The notes below the pieces were generated by a model that was not told the origin of the DNA, made no database searches, and saw only the letters and a program-made list of their open reading frames with translations. Made by a program: the position numbers and the translations under genes. This document shows, one piece after another, positions 6,868 to 15,712 of a DNA stretch of 20,000 nt. The stretch comes from an uncultured virus (IMG/VR IMGVR_UViG_3300020207_000019) (Duplodnaviria > Heunggongvirae > Uroviricota > Caudoviricetes), in the IMG/VR virus record IMGVR_UViG_3300020207_000019; one strand, 5' to 3'. The first letter of the stretch is position 1. Every line of letters begins with the position of its first letter.

Positions 6868-8214
6868 TTACATTAAGTTAGCAACTTTAAATGCACGATA
6901 GTAGTTGTTAGATAACACATTTAATGCGCCTTCGCCTTGGTTAGTACCTTCTGCAAATGGGTTAGCAACTAAACCGTAACGGGTTTTGAAGCCAATTTTT
7001 GGTTGGAAAGTACCTGTATCAACTGCACGAACCATTTGTAATGGAACATATGGGCAGTAGAACAGACCAGCGTCATAAGCGTTAGAACCTTTATAACCAA
7101 CAACAGCAAATTCTTTAGAAGCATTTACTGGAGCGTATGGATCAACATACACTTTAATGCGACCAAATAATGTACCTGCAAATGTATTGCCTGTATCATC
7201 AACTGTTAAGTTAGTTTGTGCTTGTAGTGCTGGGTTGTAGTCTAAAAGACCTGCCATTGCAAGAGCAGAAGCAACATCTGATGAACAGATAACGATGTTA
7301 CCTTTTCCTCTACGAGTTAATTTTGCAATCGCATTTGCTTCTCTTTCGAGTTGGAAAGCAAGACCTTTAATTTTTTCAACCATCCAGCGACCGTTTGAAT
7401 CAGTATCTAAATCGAACTGACCACCAGCTGTTGTACCAGTCTGACAACCTGTTTTAGCAACAGAGTAGATTGTTCTAACAACTTCACGGTTGATTTCAGC
7501 AAGAATTTCTGTTGAAAGAATATTTGCTAATTCTGTTTCAGCGTCAAGACCATGAACAGCTTTAAGGTCTTGTGCTAATTCAATTGAGTATTCTGCTTTT
7601 AATGCACGAGTTTTAGCAGTAACAGTTACTTTCTCAATTGAGAATGCCATTTCTTGGAATGTGTTAGAACTGTCACCTAAAGCTTCTGCTTTAGCGGTTG
7701 ACATAGCACCAACAGCAGCTGCGTTACCTACAAAGGTGTTAGCAGCAGCAGCACCAACAGCGATGTCTGATTGTGCAGTACCTAAACCAGAATGACCTGT
7801 ATTAGCTTCGTTATAGAAAGCTTCAGGACCTGATTGACCTTCGTATAATGAACGCATAGCAAAAATAAGGCCTGTAGGACCTGTCATTGGTTGAACACCA
7901 GCAACATCGTATGCGATTAAGTTTGGTAATGAACGGCGAACTAATGAAATTAGAATCGGATCAAAACCAGCAACTGGACCTGTAGCAGCAGCAGAACCTG
8001 AAAAACCAGCAGCACCACCTGAACCTAAACCAGCCGAAGCTGCGTTAGTTGGTACAGCTTCAGAAAGCACTTCGTTAGATTTGCTCATTTCTAAAGCTTG
8101 GTTTTCAAGAACAACAGCTGTAACAGCCTTTTTATATGGGTCTTGAATAGGGGCTAAATCAGGATGGTCTAGCACGCCTGCCCATTTAGTTTGTAATTGT
8201 TCGGACAAATACAT
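6868..8214 (-). CDS. 23: Major capsid protein (T4 gp23)
   Basis: LISLVRR..PNLIAYDVAGVQPMTGPTGLIFAMR, RALKAEYSIELAQDLKAVHGLDAETELANILSTEILAEINREV, FQPKIGFKTRYG. Probable gp21 maturation site LSE52/A53. SD AGGAG. Confidence 0.98.
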   Translation of the reverse strand: MYLSEQLQTKWAGVLDHPDLAPIQDPYKKAVTAVVLENQALEMSKSNEVLSEAVPTNAASAGLGSGGAAGFSGSAAATGPVAGFDPILISLVRRSLPNLIAYDVAGVQPMTGPTGLIFAMRSLYEGQSGPEAFYNEANTGHSGLGTAQSDIAVGAAAANTFVGNAAAVGAMSTAKAEALGDSSNTFQEMAFSIEKVTVTAKTRALKAEYSIELAQDLKAVHGLDAETELANILSTEILAEINREVVRTIYSVAKTGCQTGTTAGGQFDLDTDSNGRWMVEKIKGLAFQLEREANAIAKLTRRGKGNIVICSSDVASALAMAGLLDYNPALQAQTNLTVDDTGNTFAGTLFGRIKVYVDPYAPVNASKEFAVVGYKGSNAYDAGLFYCPYVPLQMVRAVDTGTFQPKIGFKTRYGLVANPFAEGTNQGEGALNVLSNNYYRAFKVANLM

Positions 8215-8228
8215 ATTGTTCTCCTAAA

Positions 8229-9326
8229 TTATTTCTTTGTTTTACTAATTGCTTGAGAAACAGCAGCTACAAAAGGATCAGAAATCTTCTTGTCTTCTGT
8301 TGTCTCATCTTCTACATTTTCGTGAAGTTGTTCTTCATCAGCTTTTTTAACACCTGATGGGAAATAGTTCTCACGGATTGTTTCAAGTTTGGATTTGTAT
8401 TCGTCCTCTGTGGAGAATTCAACACTTTCTGCAAGTGATTTAATTTTTTCAACTTGAGTTTCTGTAAGACCGTCTGTTACAACACGAGTAATTTCATTTT
8501 TGCGTGATTCAACAAGTTCTTTTTTGTATTCAACACCACGCTCGATTTCTTCGTTGAGTTTGCTTTCAAGTTCTTCAACTTTAGTAGCTAACTCATCAAC
8601 CAAATCAACTTTTTCGGCAGGAACATCAATATAATGTTCAGTGAACAATGTTCTCATACCTGCGATAAACTCTTCTGTTAATTCAGAACGCAAACCTGAT
8701 TCAATAGCAATTTCATTATCTTCCATCCATTGTTCAACAACATATGAAAGGTAATCATCAACTTTTTGAGTTAGGTCATTCTTAATTGTATCGATAGCTT
8801 CTTCTAATTGACCAGCATATTCAGCCTCCATTTGTTCTTGGATTTGAGTTACACGGTCATGAACACGAGTTTCGAAGATTGTAGTAGCTTTAGATTTGAA
8901 TTCTTCTGAAATAGTTTCATCGTCAGCAAACATATTGTCGATGTCTTCTTTCATTTTTTTCTTCCAAGCTTCTTTGATTTCTTCTTCTGTTTCTTCTTCA
9001 TCAACAGAATTAGCTTCAACTTCTTGTGTTTCTTCTAAGTTTTCTTCTTCGATGAATTCGTCTTCTTGTGCTTCAACTTCTGCATCTTCCATTTTAGCGG
9101 AAGCAGCAGATGGCTTAGCAGCAATAGACGCTTTGTTCTTTGCTGAATTATCAGGTGTTTGAAGCTTCAATTTATTTGAATCATCAAGTGGTTTAGAATT
9201 AGTATTGGTTGGACCACCTAAATCTTGAACCTCACCTGGTAACTTTTGTGGAGGCATAGCTGGTGCGTTAGACTTGCTAGTTGCAAGAATATCAGCAGCG
9301 GCTTCCATAAGTTTATTTGTTGCCAT
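8229..9326 (-). CDS. 22: Prohead core scaffolding protein (T4 gp22)
   Basis: Acidic coiled-coil; SEEFKSKATTIFE, KVDDYLSYVVEQWMEDNEIAIESGLRSE, LFTEHYIDVP; between gp21 and gp23. Confidence 0.93.
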   Translation of the reverse strand: MATNKLMEAAADILATSKSNAPAMPPQKLPGEVQDLGGPTNTNSKPLDDSNKLKLQTPDNSAKNKASIAAKPSAASAKMEDAEVEAQEDEFIEEENLEETQEVEANSVDEEETEEEIKEAWKKKMKEDIDNMFADDETISEEFKSKATTIFETRVHDRVTQIQEQMEAEYAGQLEEAIDTIKNDLTQKVDDYLSYVVEQWMEDNEIAIESGLRSELTEEFIAGMRTLFTEHYIDVPAEKVDLVDELATKVEELESKLNEEIERGVEYKKELVESRKNEITRVVTDGLTETQVEKIKSLAESVEFSTEDEYKSKLETIRENYFPSGVKKADEEQLHENVEDETTEDKKISDPFVAAVSQAISKTKK

Positions 9327-9352
9327 TAGGATTCTCCTTATGTTTTATCTTA

Positions 9353-9360
9353 TATTTATA
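9353..9360 (-). promoter_or_regulatory. Late promoter for gp22-gp23
   Basis: Exact TATAAATA in the gp21-gp22 gap, followed by SD TAAGGAG. Confidence 0.85.
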
Positions 9361-9363
9361 AAA

Positions 9364-10011
9364 TTAAAGTTTTCGAATATAATTTTCAAATAATTTCAAA
9401 GCAACCGCTTCGATTTCTCTGGCTGATGCTTTTCTGATTGCTTTCTTGGCATGGTCAAAGTCTTGTTCTACCCAAGACCCTTTAACGAACATCCATTCTT
9501 TATTTTCCATGATGCCATTAACGAAAGCACCAGGTGCGGACGGATCCGCAACAATATCAGCCGCCGTAGCAAGTTTTAAATCGTCTTGCACCAAATTATA
9601 ACCTTCTTTTGTTTGAACGACCGAACCTAAAGCTCTTGAAGAAACTCCAATGCTAACATCGTTTTCTAAAAAATTCTTAACGATATCACCATAAGGTGTT
9701 TCTAAAATTTGAGCTTTACCATAAAATGTATTTCCATCTTCACTCAAAGAAACAATTTTATGGGAAACTCTTTCAAGGTTGATTGTTGGTGTATCAGGAT
9801 GACCTAACTCACCAAGAGCACGATTCGTTTTAATATACTCTTCGTTATATCTATCAACCTCATTTCTGAGAGTATCCATTTTATACATTCTGTTGTTACG
9901 ATTAACTGTATCGCCAACCAAAAATGTACCTTCAATGTATAGTTTTTTCTTACCGTTTTTTTCTTCGGTAAGAACTTTTACATTTTCAATAGTTTCTGTT
10001 ATGAGTTTCAT
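9364..10011 (-). CDS. 21: Prohead protease (T4 gp21)
   Basis: LYIEGTF, NRNNRMY, ALGELGHP (His), GVSSRALGS (Ser), DIVADPSAPGAFV. Confidence 0.96.
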   Translation of the reverse strand: MKLITETIENVKVLTEEKNGKKKLYIEGTFLVGDTVNRNNRMYKMDTLRNEVDRYNEEYIKTNRALGELGHPDTPTINLERVSHKIVSLSEDGNTFYGKAQILETPYGDIVKNFLENDVSIGVSSRALGSVVQTKEGYNLVQDDLKLATAADIVADPSAPGAFVNGIMENKEWMFVKGSWVEQDFDHAKKAIRKASAREIEAVALKLFENYIRKL

Positions 10012-10028
10012 GTTTCTTTCCCTTAAAT

Positions 10029-10250
10029 CTATTGTGCATCATAGTAGGTTTTAGAAAGTTCGCCACGCTCAATTGTTTCGCCGGCTTTCCTACATCTAGC
10101 ATAAATCTCTTCTGTTACGCCATTCGGTCTTGTGAAACTTCTTACTCCGCCCGAATATGTACCGTTAGCATCAGGATATGTGTCAGATGATGTAGCAGTA
10201 TTTTCATACTCCCAAACACCATCAGAACCTGGAACCGTAACCCATGCCAT
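10029..10250 (-). CDS. Hypothetical protein in head-assembly cluster (73 aa)
   Basis: ORF fills the gap between gp68 and gp21 on the coding strand, starting 1 nt after the gp68 stop; family not recognised. Confidence 0.7.
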   Translation of the reverse strand: MAWVTVPGSDGVWEYENTATSSDTYPDANGTYSGGVRSFTRPNGVTEEIYARCRKAGETIERGELSKTYYDAQ

Positions 10251-10251
10251 T

Positions 10252-10686
10252 TTACTTTAATCCTAATGAACTTCTTCTACGCATCGACATTCTTCTTTTA
10301 ATTAGAGAACGGCGTAGTTTCGCTCTTCTTGTTGTTTTCCAAGACCGTTTTAATAAACGAGCCTTTCTTAATCTTGTTGTAGCCGGTATCCGTCTTACAG
10401 TATTACCCGAAATACGATACCCTTTAATGGCAGAACGCCTTCTGTTTTTTTGAACAGTGATTCTACCTTTTGCATTTCTTCGTATTCTTCTACGAATCTT
10501 TTTAACACGACCCATACGAATAATGTTAGGGTTGCGTTTATAAGCTTCTTCTAAATCAAATGAATCAGCCGCAATATATTTTTTAGCTTCTTCAATGTAT
10601 TTTGCAGTCAGCTCATTTAGACGAGCTCTAATCTTTTCTTTTACTTCGTCTAACTTATTCTCTATTAAAGAATCAATTATGCTCAT
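10252..10686 (-). CDS. 68: Prohead core protein, T4 gp68-like, extremely Arg-rich C-terminal half
   Basis: Acidic N-terminus ending in an LEE processing-type site, then a basic region ending RRRSSLGLK (T4 gp68 ends similarly, ...KALGLS); 144 aa; lies between portal and protease. Confidence 0.7.
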   Translation of the reverse strand: MSIIDSLIENKLDEVKEKIRARLNELTAKYIEEAKKYIAADSFDLEEAYKRNPNIIRMGRVKKIRRRIRRNAKGRITVQKNRRRSAIKGYRISGNTVRRIPATTRLRKARLLKRSWKTTRRAKLRRSLIKRRMSMRRRSSLGLK

Positions 10687-11432
10687 TTTTTACTATGAGC
10701 CTTAAATGCAAAATCTGAACCTTTCATAAAGTGTTCTGGACTTTTATGAACAAGGTCAGCATATTTTTTAGCGTTTTCAGGTTTAAGAGCCTTATGAACA
10801 TTTGTCATAGCTGAAGCTGTATAATGATCCACTTTTCTAGTTTGACCATTACCAAACTTTACACTCTTCGCTTGCTTGTTTGCAACGATAGAATGTAATT
10901 GGTCCATTACGCTTTCCTGAACTACTTCACTATTTATGTCATTTGTGCTTTCAGCTTGAATAGGAGTTTCAAATCCTTTTGCACTATAAGGAACAGTAAA
11001 GTATCTATCAAGTTTAGCGCTGTGATATAATGCTACTTTCATACCGTTTGGATAAGGTCTAAAAGATTTTCTTTTTAAAATTAAAACAAATGGTGGGTCA
11101 TTTGGTCCTGTTTTTTCTTTCCTGTCTTCAATAATGGGTTCAGTTGTAATATCTTCCGATTCTTCTCTTACCGCACGGCGTGTTCTTTGGAATAATTGTG
11201 GATTGTCCGTTAAAAGACCAACCATTTTATTAAACAAATCTTGTAACAATCGTCTTTCTGTTGGATTAAACACAGGACGCTCTTCTTTCATCTTATCTAA
11301 AATACGATGAAGTCTTTGAATCTTTGTTTTATCTGCTAACCCAGCTCTGACAAGAATATCAAATTTTTTGATATCTATTTCTTGTTCAGATAAAAGTTCT
11401 TCGATGTCCCTAAATTCGTTTAATTGTTTCAT
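10683..11432 (-). CDS. Hypothetical prohead-core / internal head protein (249 aa)
   Basis: ATGA overlaps with both neighbours; N-terminus MKQLNEF resembles T4 capsid-targeting sequences; several (L/I/V)-x-E sites. Confidence 0.6.
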   Translation of the reverse strand: MKQLNEFRDIEELLSEQEIDIKKFDILVRAGLADKTKIQRLHRILDKMKEERPVFNPTERRLLQDLFNKMVGLLTDNPQLFQRTRRAVREESEDITTEPIIEDRKEKTGPNDPPFVLILKRKSFRPYPNGMKVALYHSAKLDRYFTVPYSAKGFETPIQAESTNDINSEVVQESVMDQLHSIVANKQAKSVKFGNGQTRKVDHYTASAMTNVHKALKPENAKKYADLVHKSPEHFMKGSDFAFKAHSKK

Positions 11433-11713
11433 TCTTGTTCTTGTTCTTCTTCTGGTTGCTCTTCAACTTCTACATTTGTTTCCGGCTCTTCAACCGGAGT
11501 GTCAGCTGTGTCTTGAACTTCCACATCAATATTGCCATCATCATCTGCTACTGGTGGAGTTTCACCATTAGAAAATAAATTTTTAGCAATTTCTTGTTTT
11601 TTACCATCTAAAGCTTCCATAGCCTTTTGTGATAAAAGGTTATGTAAACTATCTTTAGCATCTGAGCTTTGAGCCGCTGCTATTTGATTTACTACATCAA
11701 CTACATCTACCAT
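11429..11713 (-). CDS. 67: Prohead core protein, T4 gp67-like
   Basis: Small, highly acidic protein immediately after portal; K..EALD.KKQEIAKNLF pattern; preceded by late promoter and SD AGGAG. Confidence 0.65.
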   Translation of the reverse strand: MVDVVDVVNQIAAAQSSDAKDSLHNLLSQKAMEALDGKKQEIAKNLFSNGETPPVADDDGNIDVEVQDTADTPVEEPETNVEVEEQPEEEQEQE

Positions 11714-11723
11714 AATATTTCTC

Positions 11724-13358
11724 CTAGTTTCTATTTATACCACCAAACTTAATTACATCAGCATCAAGTTCTGGTGTTTCTGATTCTGTTTGGTCGTTAT
11801 CTTTTGTGTTGTCTTCTGGTGGAAATTGATTAGGATCAGCTTCGCTTTGGCCAAACTGAACACCAGCTTCCTGTTCTTCTTCAATTTCTTTTTCCATTTG
11901 GTCAACTTCTTCATTAGACATTTGAAGAACATTTTTCTTAACCCAATTAGTTGAATAATAACGACCAATATATGGGTCAACTATGTTAAGAAGACCTATT
12001 CTTTCTCTAAGAAGTTCTGCTTCCTTTAACTCCGTAAAGTTATTATCTTTTAAATAATCATAATAAATTTGTTCCTGAAAATCTTGCCATTCTTCTAAAG
12101 AACAAATGCCTTTCAATACAAGTTGAATTTTTAAAGCGCTATCAAATACTTGTGAAAACTTATTTCTTAGTCTTGTAATAAATTTACCAAATTTAACTTC
12201 ATCTCTTGTAACTTCTGTTGAACGACCTAAACCTATCATACCACCTTGTTGTGGTTCTAAACGAGACAAAGGAACATTCAATGATTGTAAAAGTTTATTT
12301 CTAAAATATTTTACATCTTCTAATTCACCAAGGTTTTGGCCAGCAGGTAATGTAGTAATTTCGGTACCTTTACCACCTTCTCGTCTTGGTAACCAAAAGT
12401 CTTCTAACATTGACATATGTTTTCTATCATCTCTTAACTCACCAGTAGAAGCATCATATACCATCTTGTTACGGTATTTGACCATAACATCTCTTAAGTA
12501 TTGTTCAGCTTTACCTTTTGGTAAGTTACCAACATCAATGTAAAATATTCGTCTTTCTGGAGCTCTTGATAATCTGTAAATAACAACAGCATCCTCAATC
12601 ATTCTTAATTGATTCAAAGGTTTAATTGCTTTGTGTAAATAAGAAATAACAAAAGTATTTTTAGCATCCATTAATCCAGAATTAATATTAATAATTGATT
12701 CTGGTGCAATTCTTAAACCTTGATTTAAACTTGTTCCATAAGACTGTGTTGTTTGTCCTCTTTCATTATAGACATAATATTCACCAATAGACTTGATGAT
12801 TAATGCACCAGTTTTAGGGTCTTTTTCTTTTTTGACTTCACGGACTTTTCTTATTTTGCGTGGGTCAATGTATCTTAATTCTTTAATACCATCTTTTGGT
12901 CTTGATTCGTCCACAACAACATGATAGTAAATACGACCATCAATATACCATCTTTTAAATAAATCATCAGCTAGATTATTAAAGTTTAACATTCTCAAAA
13001 CATTATTAAACTCATCTCTGATTTTTCTTTTAATTGTTTCTGGTTGTTGAAGATTATCTAATCGAATATCAACACTCTTGCCCGTTTCATCATGTGTGAT
13101 AGATTCATTAACAATATCATCAATTGCCTGTTCAAGTTCGGGGTGATTTGCCATTTCACGATATCTGGTGATAAGCTCAATTTCATTACGAACTGAGCCT
13201 TCTAAATCAACATAGGTACCGTAATAAGCGTTTTGAGTAACGGTAACTGCACCGTCATCCATTGCCTCATTTGGAAGAGTAAAAGAAGGCTGGTTAGGAG
13301 GTTGTTGATCTACAACATCCTTTTTGCCTAGAGTGAATCCGAATAGTTTAATCGCCAT
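11724..13358 (-). CDS. 20: Portal vertex protein (T4 gp20)
   Basis: RWYIDGRIYYH, LRYIDPRKI, EDAVVIYRLSRAPERRIFYIDVGNLPKGKAEQYL, MLEDFWLPRREGGKGTEITTLP, TRDEVKF. Confidence 0.98.
   Translation of the reverse strand: MAIKLFGFTLGKKDVVDQQPPNQPSFTLPNEAMDDGAVTVTQNAYYGTYVDLEGSVRNEIELITRYREMANHPELEQAIDDIVNESITHDETGKSVDIRLDNLQQPETIKRKIRDEFNNVLRMLNFNNLADDLFKRWYIDGRIYYHVVVDESRPKDGIKELRYIDPRKIRKVREVKKEKDPKTGALIIKSIGEYYVYNERGQTTQSYGTSLNQGLRIAPESIININSGLMDAKNTFVISYLHKAIKPLNQLRMIEDAVVIYRLSRAPERRIFYIDVGNLPKGKAEQYLRDVMVKYRNKMVYDASTGELRDDRKHMSMLEDFWLPRREGGKGTEITTLPAGQNLGELEDVKYFRNKLLQSLNVPLSRLEPQQGGMIGLGRSTEVTRDEVKFGKFITRLRNKFSQVFDSALKIQLVLKGICSLEEWQDFQEQIYYDYLKDNNFTELKEAELLRERIGLLNIVDPYIGRYYSTNWVKKNVLQMSNEEVDQMEKEIEEEQEAGVQFGQSEADPNQFPPEDNTKDNDQTESETPELDADVIKFGGINRN
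11732..11739 (-). promoter_or_regulatory. Late promoter for the prohead-core genes, embedded in the last codons of gp20
   Basis: Exact TATAAATA followed by GAAACTAGGAG-AAATATT-ATG. Confidence 0.8.
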
Positions 13359-13376
13359 AATAATTTATCATCCTAT

Positions 13377-13408
13377 AAAAAAAATAAAGTGGGGAAAATA
13401 CCCCACTC
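13377..13408 (-). terminator. Intrinsic terminator between gp19 and gp20
   Basis: Minus strand AGTGGGG-TATTTT-CCCCACT then TTATTTTTTTT. Confidence 0.8.
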
Positions 13409-13410
13409 TA

Positions 13411-13956
13411 TTACACAACACCGTCTTCGATTGATTCCCACCATTGATATGATAAGGTAACTGCAAATTCTTCCATTGTGTCATTTGCACCCCAATCTAC
13501 ATCAATAGGAGTAATATCAGAAGGAAACAAGCCAACAAACTTATATCTCTTAAGACTGTCGCCTGCTTTTCCATATTGAGTTACTTCACCATCAACGGTA
13601 TAACCGCCTGGTGAAAGTGCCACTGGATTTCTTACATTAAGATTGTGGCTGTTGATGCCGTTCATCCATCTTTCGAAGGCGTTACGAACAACAAAGTCCT
13701 CATCGTTAATGACTGAAATTGTCCAGTCTGCGAAAGTTCTATTACCTACAAACTTTAATTCACGACCAAAGTATTGAACTGGTACAACACCAAGCGTAGC
13801 GCCTGGTAGTTGTGCAGTTTTACACATGAATGTAAGTTTTGTTTGTGCGTTTTCAGGTGATGAGAACGCAGGGAAAGGCATAGAAACTTCAAACAGATTA
13901 GGACGAGCACCGTCTCCAATCATTTGACTTCTAAATTCATTTACATTAAATGCCAT
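13411..13956 (-). CDS. 19: Tail tube protein (T4 gp19)
   Basis: GARPNLFEV, FMCKTAQLPG, GRELKFVGNRTFADWTISVINDEDF..RNAFERW, EEFAVTLSYQWW. Confidence 0.96.
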   Translation of the reverse strand: MAFNVNEFRSQMIGDGARPNLFEVSMPFPAFSSPENAQTKLTFMCKTAQLPGATLGVVPVQYFGRELKFVGNRTFADWTISVINDEDFVVRNAFERWMNGINSHNLNVRNPVALSPGGYTVDGEVTQYGKAGDSLKRYKFVGLFPSDITPIDVDWGANDTMEEFAVTLSYQWWESIEDGVV

Positions 13957-13975
13957 TTTTTTCTCCTGTCTTCTC

Positions 13976-13983
13976 TATTTATT
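13976..13983 (-). promoter_or_regulatory. Probable late promoter for gp19
   Basis: AATAAATA overlapping the gp18 stop, followed by SD AGGAG. Confidence 0.6.
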
Positions 13984-15652
13984 AGAACTGTCCAACCACT
14001 TCGTTGAACGATACACCTGTTCTTACGGCAACAAAGTTAAGTTGAATAAAGTTAATTGAACGAGCAGGTTTGATATAAATGTCGCCAACAAACTCGTTTC
14101 GGTCAATTACTTCACCTGTGTTATTTGATTCGTCACAAACTACACGGTAATCTGTAATACCTCTACGACCTTGAATGTCTCTTAGATATGGTTCAACTAG
14201 ATTTACAAATTGAGCTCTTGTAAATTGGTCATTGAATTCAAATAAAGAGAAACGAGCGGCACGACTGATTGCTTTTTCAAGGATAATGAACAACCTTCGA
14301 ACATTAATTCTATCAAACGCACTTGGTTTTGATAACATAGTTTTGTCACCAAACAACTGTGTACCTTCGCCTTGGAATGTTACAACCGGATTAATACCTT
14401 TAAGATAGAGGTCATCTCTATTTGCTTTTGTAGGATTCCATGCAAGTTTGAGAACATTTCTCATAATGCCTCTGTTTGGACCAGCGGGTGAGAACCATGG
14501 GTCTCTTTCGAGGTCTGTTCTAGCAGCTAAACCTGCAATATCACCGTTACATGGTACCCAACGATATACATCATTATACTTATCATACATATACTTCCAG
14601 TTAGAATCAATAACTGCATATGATGATGAAGTTAAAGAAGCTCTGTATGCTTTAACATCTGTTGTTTCTGAACCAGCGTTATCAACAACATCTGCTTTTT
14701 CTGGTGATAAGAAAGCAACCGCATCTTTTCTTGTTTCTGCCATTGTAATCAAATCAGCAGCCACAGTAGCATCAGCAGGACCAGAAATGATAAGATTGAT
14801 ATCAACAGCATCTGCGTTATCAAATTTATCGTATGCTGTAACAACATTAGCGGTAGAGATTGTGCCATCTGCACCAGCTGAAAGTGAAACTGTTACATTT
14901 GATGATAGATTAGCAAATGTTTTGTTTGAAGCTGTTGTGCCCCAATTGGTGCCATTTGCGTGATGTGACATCCAGTGAATATATTTTGAACGGTTAGAAA
15001 TTACATCTTTATAATAATTTGTGTTACCACCGTCATCTTTAGCATCAGATGCTTTAGAAACAAATGCAAATTTTTCTAATACTGTGCCTTGTGTTCCTGA
15101 AAACAGGCCATCTTCATCAACAACAATAACATGGAGTTCATCATGAGAACCACCAGCATTAGAAACATAAGTTGATGTTGAAGGCGTATCGTTAAATTGT
15201 GATTCATATGCCCAACCAGAATAAGAATTACCATCTGCAATAGAAACTTTTAATGAGTTACCTTTTGCGCCTGGATATCTAGCAGCAAAGGTACCATAGG
15301 TATTTGCACCGCTAGACCAGTTATCTTCATAGTCGTCATCATTTTTAATTAATACATTTGGTGATCCGTTTGCTGTTGCGGTGTATGTTGTTGCACCATA
15401 AGCACGGACAACCTTTAAGTTGTTCGAATATGCTAAAAAACTAGCAGCAGAGAACCAGTATTCATAGTTATCGGTATTAGGCTTGCCAAACGCTTCAACA
15501 AGTCTAACTTCATCTGAAACCGTTACGATTTCATTAACTGGACCCCACTCAAATTTTCCAGCAAAAGCGCCAATCGAAGTGGCAACGGAAGGTACAATTG
15601 TAGTCAGGTCAATTTCTGATACATTTACACCCGGTGAGAGCTGAAATGCCAT
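13982..15652 (-). CDS. 18: Tail sheath protein (T4 gp18)
   Basis: LSPGVNVSEIDLT, FEWGP, WFSPAGPNRG, FGDKT....SAFDRINVRRLF, IYIKPARSINFIQLNFVAVRTGVSF. Confidence 0.97.
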   Translation of the reverse strand: MAFQLSPGVNVSEIDLTTIVPSVATSIGAFAGKFEWGPVNEIVTVSDEVRLVEAFGKPNTDNYEYWFSAASFLAYSNNLKVVRAYGATTYTATANGSPNVLIKNDDDYEDNWSSGANTYGTFAARYPGAKGNSLKVSIADGNSYSGWAYESQFNDTPSTSTYVSNAGGSHDELHVIVVDEDGLFSGTQGTVLEKFAFVSKASDAKDDGGNTNYYKDVISNRSKYIHWMSHHANGTNWGTTASNKTFANLSSNVTVSLSAGADGTISTANVVTAYDKFDNADAVDINLIISGPADATVAADLITMAETRKDAVAFLSPEKADVVDNAGSETTDVKAYRASLTSSSYAVIDSNWKYMYDKYNDVYRWVPCNGDIAGLAARTDLERDPWFSPAGPNRGIMRNVLKLAWNPTKANRDDLYLKGINPVVTFQGEGTQLFGDKTMLSKPSAFDRINVRRLFIILEKAISRAARFSLFEFNDQFTRAQFVNLVEPYLRDIQGRRGITDYRVVCDESNNTGEVIDRNEFVGDIYIKPARSINFIQLNFVAVRTGVSFNEVVGQF

Positions 15653-15701
15653 TGGATTACTCCTTTAATAAATGGGTCGAATTTTTTTAATAATTATACT
15701 C

Positions 15702-15709
15702 TATTTAGT
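15702..15709 (-). promoter_or_regulatory. Probable late promoter for gp18
   Basis: ACTAAATA (TAAATA core) right after the gp17 stop, upstream of SD AAAGGAG. Confidence 0.55.
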
Positions 15710-15712
15710 TTT

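Noticed and set aside
14448..14963. 171-aa + strand ORF, plus similar ones at 8896-9162, 17391-17591 and 17855-18232
   Set aside because: Antisense shadows of conserved genes caused by codon bias; no SD or promoter support.
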